A stretch of DNA of 33,590 nt. Origin: a virus. Each line of letters begins with the position of its first letter. Within the stretch, counting starts at the first letter, position 1. This document shows positions 31,038 through 33,590 of this stretch, piece after piece. Under the pieces are notes generated by a model, which had not been told where the DNA came from, did not search any database, and was given only the letters and a program-made list of their open reading frames with translations. The DNA lies in IMG/VR virus record IMGVR_UViG_3300029932_000006; one strand, 5' to 3'. A program made the translations under genes and the position numbers.

Positions 31038-31196
31038 ATGGTGAGCGAAGTGGAATCTCGTCTAAGCACACACGAGGCCGTCTGCGCTGAAAGATACGCA
31101 GGGATCAATGCTCGGCTGAAACGCCTGGAGCAGATCCTCATAGGGAGTGCAGGCGCGATCATCATTCTTCTTTTAACAGTCACCATAAAACTGTGA
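31038..31196 (+). CDS. Small membrane protein (52 aa), lysis-cassette member
   Basis: Not in the track. ATG 31038 follows GAGGTGA. The protein reads MVSEVESRLSTHEAVCAERYAGINARLKRLEQILIGSAGAIIILLLTVTIKL, with a C-terminal transmembrane segment. Its stop overlaps the next GTG start. Confidence 0.55.
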   Translation: MVSEVESRLSTHEAVCAERYAGINARLKRLEQILIGSAGAIIILLLTVTIKL

Positions 31197-31687
31197 TTGA
31201 TCCGTTGACCGCGCTGGCAGCTGTATCGTCAGCTGTCAACCTAATCAAGAAGGCCTCCAAGACCGTTGATGATGTGCGGTCTCTTGGCCCTCTTTTGGGT
31301 AAATACTTCGATGCAAAACACGAATGCACGAAGGCGGTCAATCACGCAAAGAAGAAGGGCGGCTCCAACATGGGAGCTGCGGTCCAGGCCGAGATGGAGT
31401 TGATGTCGCAGAAGGCTTTTGAGGAAGAGCTGAAGATGCTTTTCTTCCAAAGCGGAAATGCTGATGTCTGGCAGAACATCCAGATCCGTGTGGCCCAGAT
31501 GAACCGGGATGACGCTCACAACGCCCGGAAAGAAAAGGAAGCCGCCGAGAGACGAAGAAAGGCCATTGCCCAAGCCATTGAGACTGGGATCGGTGTCGTT
31601 CTGATCCTGGCCGCTCTAGGAGGTATGGGATACATGGCTTATCTTGGTTATGGTCACTGCAATGGAACCAAAGAATGTGGGTTCTAA
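31193..31687 (+). CDS. Membrane-anchored protein (164 aa, C-terminal transmembrane segment)
   Basis: Track ORF with a GTG start. It has an amphipathic N-terminus, a charged coiled middle, and IGVVLILAALGGMGYMAYLGY near the end. Confidence 0.6.
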   Translation: MIDPLTALAAVSSAVNLIKKASKTVDDVRSLGPLLGKYFDAKHECTKAVNHAKKKGGSNMGAAVQAEMELMSQKAFEEELKMLFFQSGNADVWQNIQIRVAQMNRDDAHNARKEKEAAERRRKAIAQAIETGIGVVLILAALGGMGYMAYLGYGHCNGTKECGF

Positions 31688-32151
31688 AGCCTTCTCCTAC
31701 TGCCTCTAGGTCCGAGAGGGAGGCCTATGTCAAACAGTGGGCTGCTCTGACGATCTCGATCTTTGCTTTGCTCTTAGCAATTAACGGGATGTACGGGTCC
31801 AGCAACTCGAGCAAGGTTCTGAACGGGACCATCGCTGCGAATAACTACTGGGCCTGGTTCCAAGCCAAGAATGTACGGGCGACCATCTATGAGACCTCTG
31901 GCAGAGAAGACAAAGCCGAAAAGCAAAGAGCCGACATGGAGGAGATATCTGAGAAGGCTCGGTCTGCAGAAGCTGCTCGTGATGCCGCGAAATCCCGGTC
32001 ACCATTCTTCTCGTATGCGGGTATGGCGCTCCAGTTGTCAATCGTCCTATCTTCTGCCGCCATTCTTGCAGTGATGATGCCTCTTCTGTATGCGTCTATC
32101 GCTGTTGGAGGGGTTGGGATGGGTCTGTTCATTTACGCGATGGTGATCTGA
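31675..32151 (+). CDS. DUF4337-like membrane protein (158 aa)
   Basis: It has an N-terminal transmembrane segment (WAALTISIFALLLAI), a NYWAWFQAKNVR motif, and two C-terminal hydrophobic helices. The family call is from memory. Confidence 0.55.
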   Translation: MWVLKPSPTASRSEREAYVKQWAALTISIFALLLAINGMYGSSNSSKVLNGTIAANNYWAWFQAKNVRATIYETSGREDKAEKQRADMEEISEKARSAEAARDAAKSRSPFFSYAGMALQLSIVLSSAAILAVMMPLLYASIAVGGVGMGLFIYAMVI

Positions 32152-32654
32152 TGCTAAGTCTTATCTCTACCCTTGGCGGCCTTTTAATCTCTGGCCTTCC
32201 GAAACTCTTAGAGTTTTTCCAGGCTAAAGCGGACCAGGCTCACGAGCGTGATCTGGCGAAGATTTCTGCCGAGCGCGACCTACAGATGGCCGCTCAGGGC
32301 TTTGCTGCTCAACAGCGGATTGAGGAGCTGAAAACCGACCAAGTGGCGATGCAGACCCAGGCCCAGATGACCCAAGCGGCTCTGGACCACGATAAACAGG
32401 TCTTGGAGAAAGCCTCAAGGTGGGTTGCAAATTATGTCGGGACTGTAAGACCTACAGTTACCTACATCTTCATTCTTGAGCTGGTCGCCATCAACGCCGC
32501 GATCACTTATTACGCCTTCACCGATCCGAATCTGATCCGCTCAATGGACGACTTCCTTAAAGTCTCCACGGTGATCTTCAGCGAGGAAGAGATGTCCATG
32601 CTCGGTGGCATTCTCGGGTTCTGGTTTGGTTCGCGGAGCTGGTCCAAGAAGTGA
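32151..32654 (+). CDS. Putative holin (3-TM, GTA-holin-like architecture)
   Basis: 167 aa. It has an N-terminal hydrophobic helix, a long charged linker and two further transmembrane segments. It lies directly upstream of the lysozyme gene and overlaps it (GTGA). Confidence 0.45.
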   Translation: MLSLISTLGGLLISGLPKLLEFFQAKADQAHERDLAKISAERDLQMAAQGFAAQQRIEELKTDQVAMQTQAQMTQAALDHDKQVLEKASRWVANYVGTVRPTVTYIFILELVAINAAITYYAFTDPNLIRSMDDFLKVSTVIFSEEEMSMLGGILGFWFGSRSWSKK

Positions 32655-33163
32655 AGACCTCGGACAGAGGAATTGAGTTGATGCACCACTTCGAGGGGTG
32701 CAGACTCAAGCCTTATTTGTGCCCTGCAACGATCTGGACGATTGGTTATGGTCATGTTCTCTACCAAGACCAAATCAGGCTTCCTGTGGTCCGTAAAGAG
32801 GGCTACACAGGCCAACTAAGGGGTGATTACCCTTTGAGAGCGGAGGACTCCCGTGTCTGGTCCAAGCAAGAAGTGGAAGATTTGTTCCGAGGTGACATCA
32901 TCACTTTTGAACGGGGTGTTCTTCGGCTTATTCCCGGTGTTACTGAGCATCAAGGCGCATTCGATGCTTTGGTCTCTTTTGCTTACAACGCAGGGCTAGG
33001 AAATCTCCAACGCTCCCAGATTCGCATCAAGGCAAACCGAGGAGAGTGGGAGAAAGCCGCCGATCACTTGATGGATTGGACCAAGGGCGGCGGGAAGGTC
33101 TTACCCGGCTTGGTGAAACGCCGCCAAGCTGAGAGAGATTTGTTTCTCTCTGGGATGAAATAA
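32651..33163 (+). CDS. GH24 lysozyme (endolysin)
   Basis: 170 aa with a GTG start. It has ELMHHFEGCRLKPYLCPATIWTIGYGH, then ALVSFAYNAGLGN and LPGLVKRRQAERDLF, the classic phage lysozyme family 24 blocks. There is no N-terminal signal or SAR segment. Confidence 0.92.
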   Translation: MKTSDRGIELMHHFEGCRLKPYLCPATIWTIGYGHVLYQDQIRLPVVRKEGYTGQLRGDYPLRAEDSRVWSKQEVEDLFRGDIITFERGVLRLIPGVTEHQGAFDALVSFAYNAGLGNLQRSQIRIKANRGEWEKAADHLMDWTKGGGKVLPGLVKRRQAERDLFLSGMK

Positions 33164-33361
33164 AGCCCCATCCCTACCGCACGGGCCTCGGTGCCTGTTG
33201 TCGATACAAGAGCCGATTCCACGCCTTCCCTTGGCTGGGTTGGCAGCGCAGCACATCACCACGACTCCCGAGTTGTATCGAGGGTTGTCTAGGTGTTCTC
33301 TGTAATGAGCGCATTTCTTACACAGTTCCCTGTCTTTGTCCCATGTGTACTGCGGAAGCAT
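33101..33361 (-). CDS. Cys-rich putative zinc-binding protein (86 aa), paralogue of 3913..4143 and last gene of the leftward operon
   Basis: Track ORF. LCKKCAHY...MCCAANP...SCIDNRHRGPCGRDGALF shares its Cys architecture with 3913..4143. There is no clear SD. Its 3' end overlaps the lysozyme 3' end convergently by 63 nt. Confidence 0.5.
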   Translation of the reverse strand: MLPQYTWDKDRELCKKCAHYREHLDNPRYNSGVVVMCCAANPAKGRRGIGSCIDNRHRGPCGRDGALFHPREKQISLSLAAFHQAG

Positions 33362-33590
33362 TGAAGGTCTTACTTAGGTTGAGTTTGGCCTGATTGTTTT
33401 CGTGCTTGAGATGAAGATGGAAGATTGAGGCGACTTTCTTCTTCTTACGCGCTCTGCGGTTGTATTCCGGGTGTCCTAACTTTGGAGGCCTTTTAGCGTC
33501 TGGCAGGTTCCCAGCGGCCCACACAGCCCTTGGATAGAGCCTTCCACCGTCTTCATCTCTGCGATAGGACTGGATGTATATCACGCCTGG
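33318..33590 (-). CDS. Winged-helix protein, 3' part of the junction-spanning CDS (see 1..218)
   Basis: Track ORF 33318..33584 is the in-window tail (IYIQSYRRDEDGGRLYPRAVWAAG...). It is in the same frame as 1..218 after the 77-bp duplicate is collapsed. Confidence 0.6.
   Translation of the reverse strand, partial: PGVIYIQSYRRDEDGGRLYPRAVWAAGNLPDAKRPPKLGHPEYNRRARKKKKVASIFHLHLKHENNQAKLNLSKTFNASAVHMGQRQGTV
33514..33590. repeat. Second copy of the 77-bp terminal duplication
   Basis: Identical to 1..77. Confidence 0.9.

Noticed and set aside
32651-33163. Cys replacing the usual catalytic-region Asp in the lysozyme motif (YLCPATIWTIGYGH) considered as a regulatory or SAR-type disulfide switch
   Set aside because: There is no N-terminal SAR or signal segment. 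From memory the Y-x-C-P-A-G/T-x-W-T-I-G-Y-G-H variant is common in proteobacterial phage GH24 enzymes. I treat it as a normal family variant.
1-33590. Search for tRNA, rRNA, integrase, CI-type repressor, polymerases, reverse transcriptase/DGR, and toxin-antitoxin or known defence cassettes
   Set aside because: Intergenic spacers are too short for tRNAs and none shows cloverleaf-like complementarity by eye. No ORF shows the hallmark motifs of these families. Absence is based on manual reading only and should be confirmed with tRNAscan-SE and HMM searches.

Overview
The window appears to be a complete, closed dsDNA tailed-phage genome, not a chromosomal fragment. The first 77 nt are identical to the last 77 nt, giving a unique length of 33,513 bp, and a reverse-strand ORF reads in frame across the join. 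Coding density is very high, with many ATGA, GTGA or TAATG start/stop overlaps. Two divergent transcription units leave a ~210-bp control region at 4144..4357.

(1) A short leftward early operon runs from 4143 to 1 and wraps to 33101. It encodes Erf, a YqaJ exonuclease, two winged-helix proteins, a stand-alone RNA polymerase alpha-CTD homologue, MazG, two paralogous Cys-rich proteins and two unlisted micro-ORFs for membrane peptides.

(2) A ~29-kb rightward unit runs from 4358 to 33163. In order it encodes:
- a Cro-like HTH protein, a DUF1376 replication protein and RusA;
- a DpdA-like transglycosylase, a YhhQ-like transporter and a DUF1364 nuclease, followed by a terminator;
- small basic proteins and a ParB-domain DNA methyltransferase;
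- TerS, TerL, portal, a DUF4214-repeat protein, scaffold and an HK97-fold capsid protein, followed by a terminator;
- adaptor, nozzle and internal-virion proteins in podovirus-like order;
- a repeat-rich tail fibre, an internally duplicated glycine-rich protein and a 2OG-Fe(II) oxygenase;
- a membrane-protein-rich lysis cassette ending in a GH24 lysozyme.

I saw no tRNA, rRNA, CRISPR array, IS element, integrase, CI-type repressor, or DNA or RNA polymerase.

The most noteworthy observations are:
- a minimal import-and-insert 7-deazaguanine DNA-modification pair with no precursor-synthesis genes;
- the phage-borne alpha-CTD homologue;
- the DUF4214/DPISG repeat protein in the head module;
- the duplicated glycine-rich protein;
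- a HiPIP-like Cys motif protein;
- synonymously recoded identical repeats in the tail fibre.

All family assignments come from reading the translations and from memory of those families. No searches were run.
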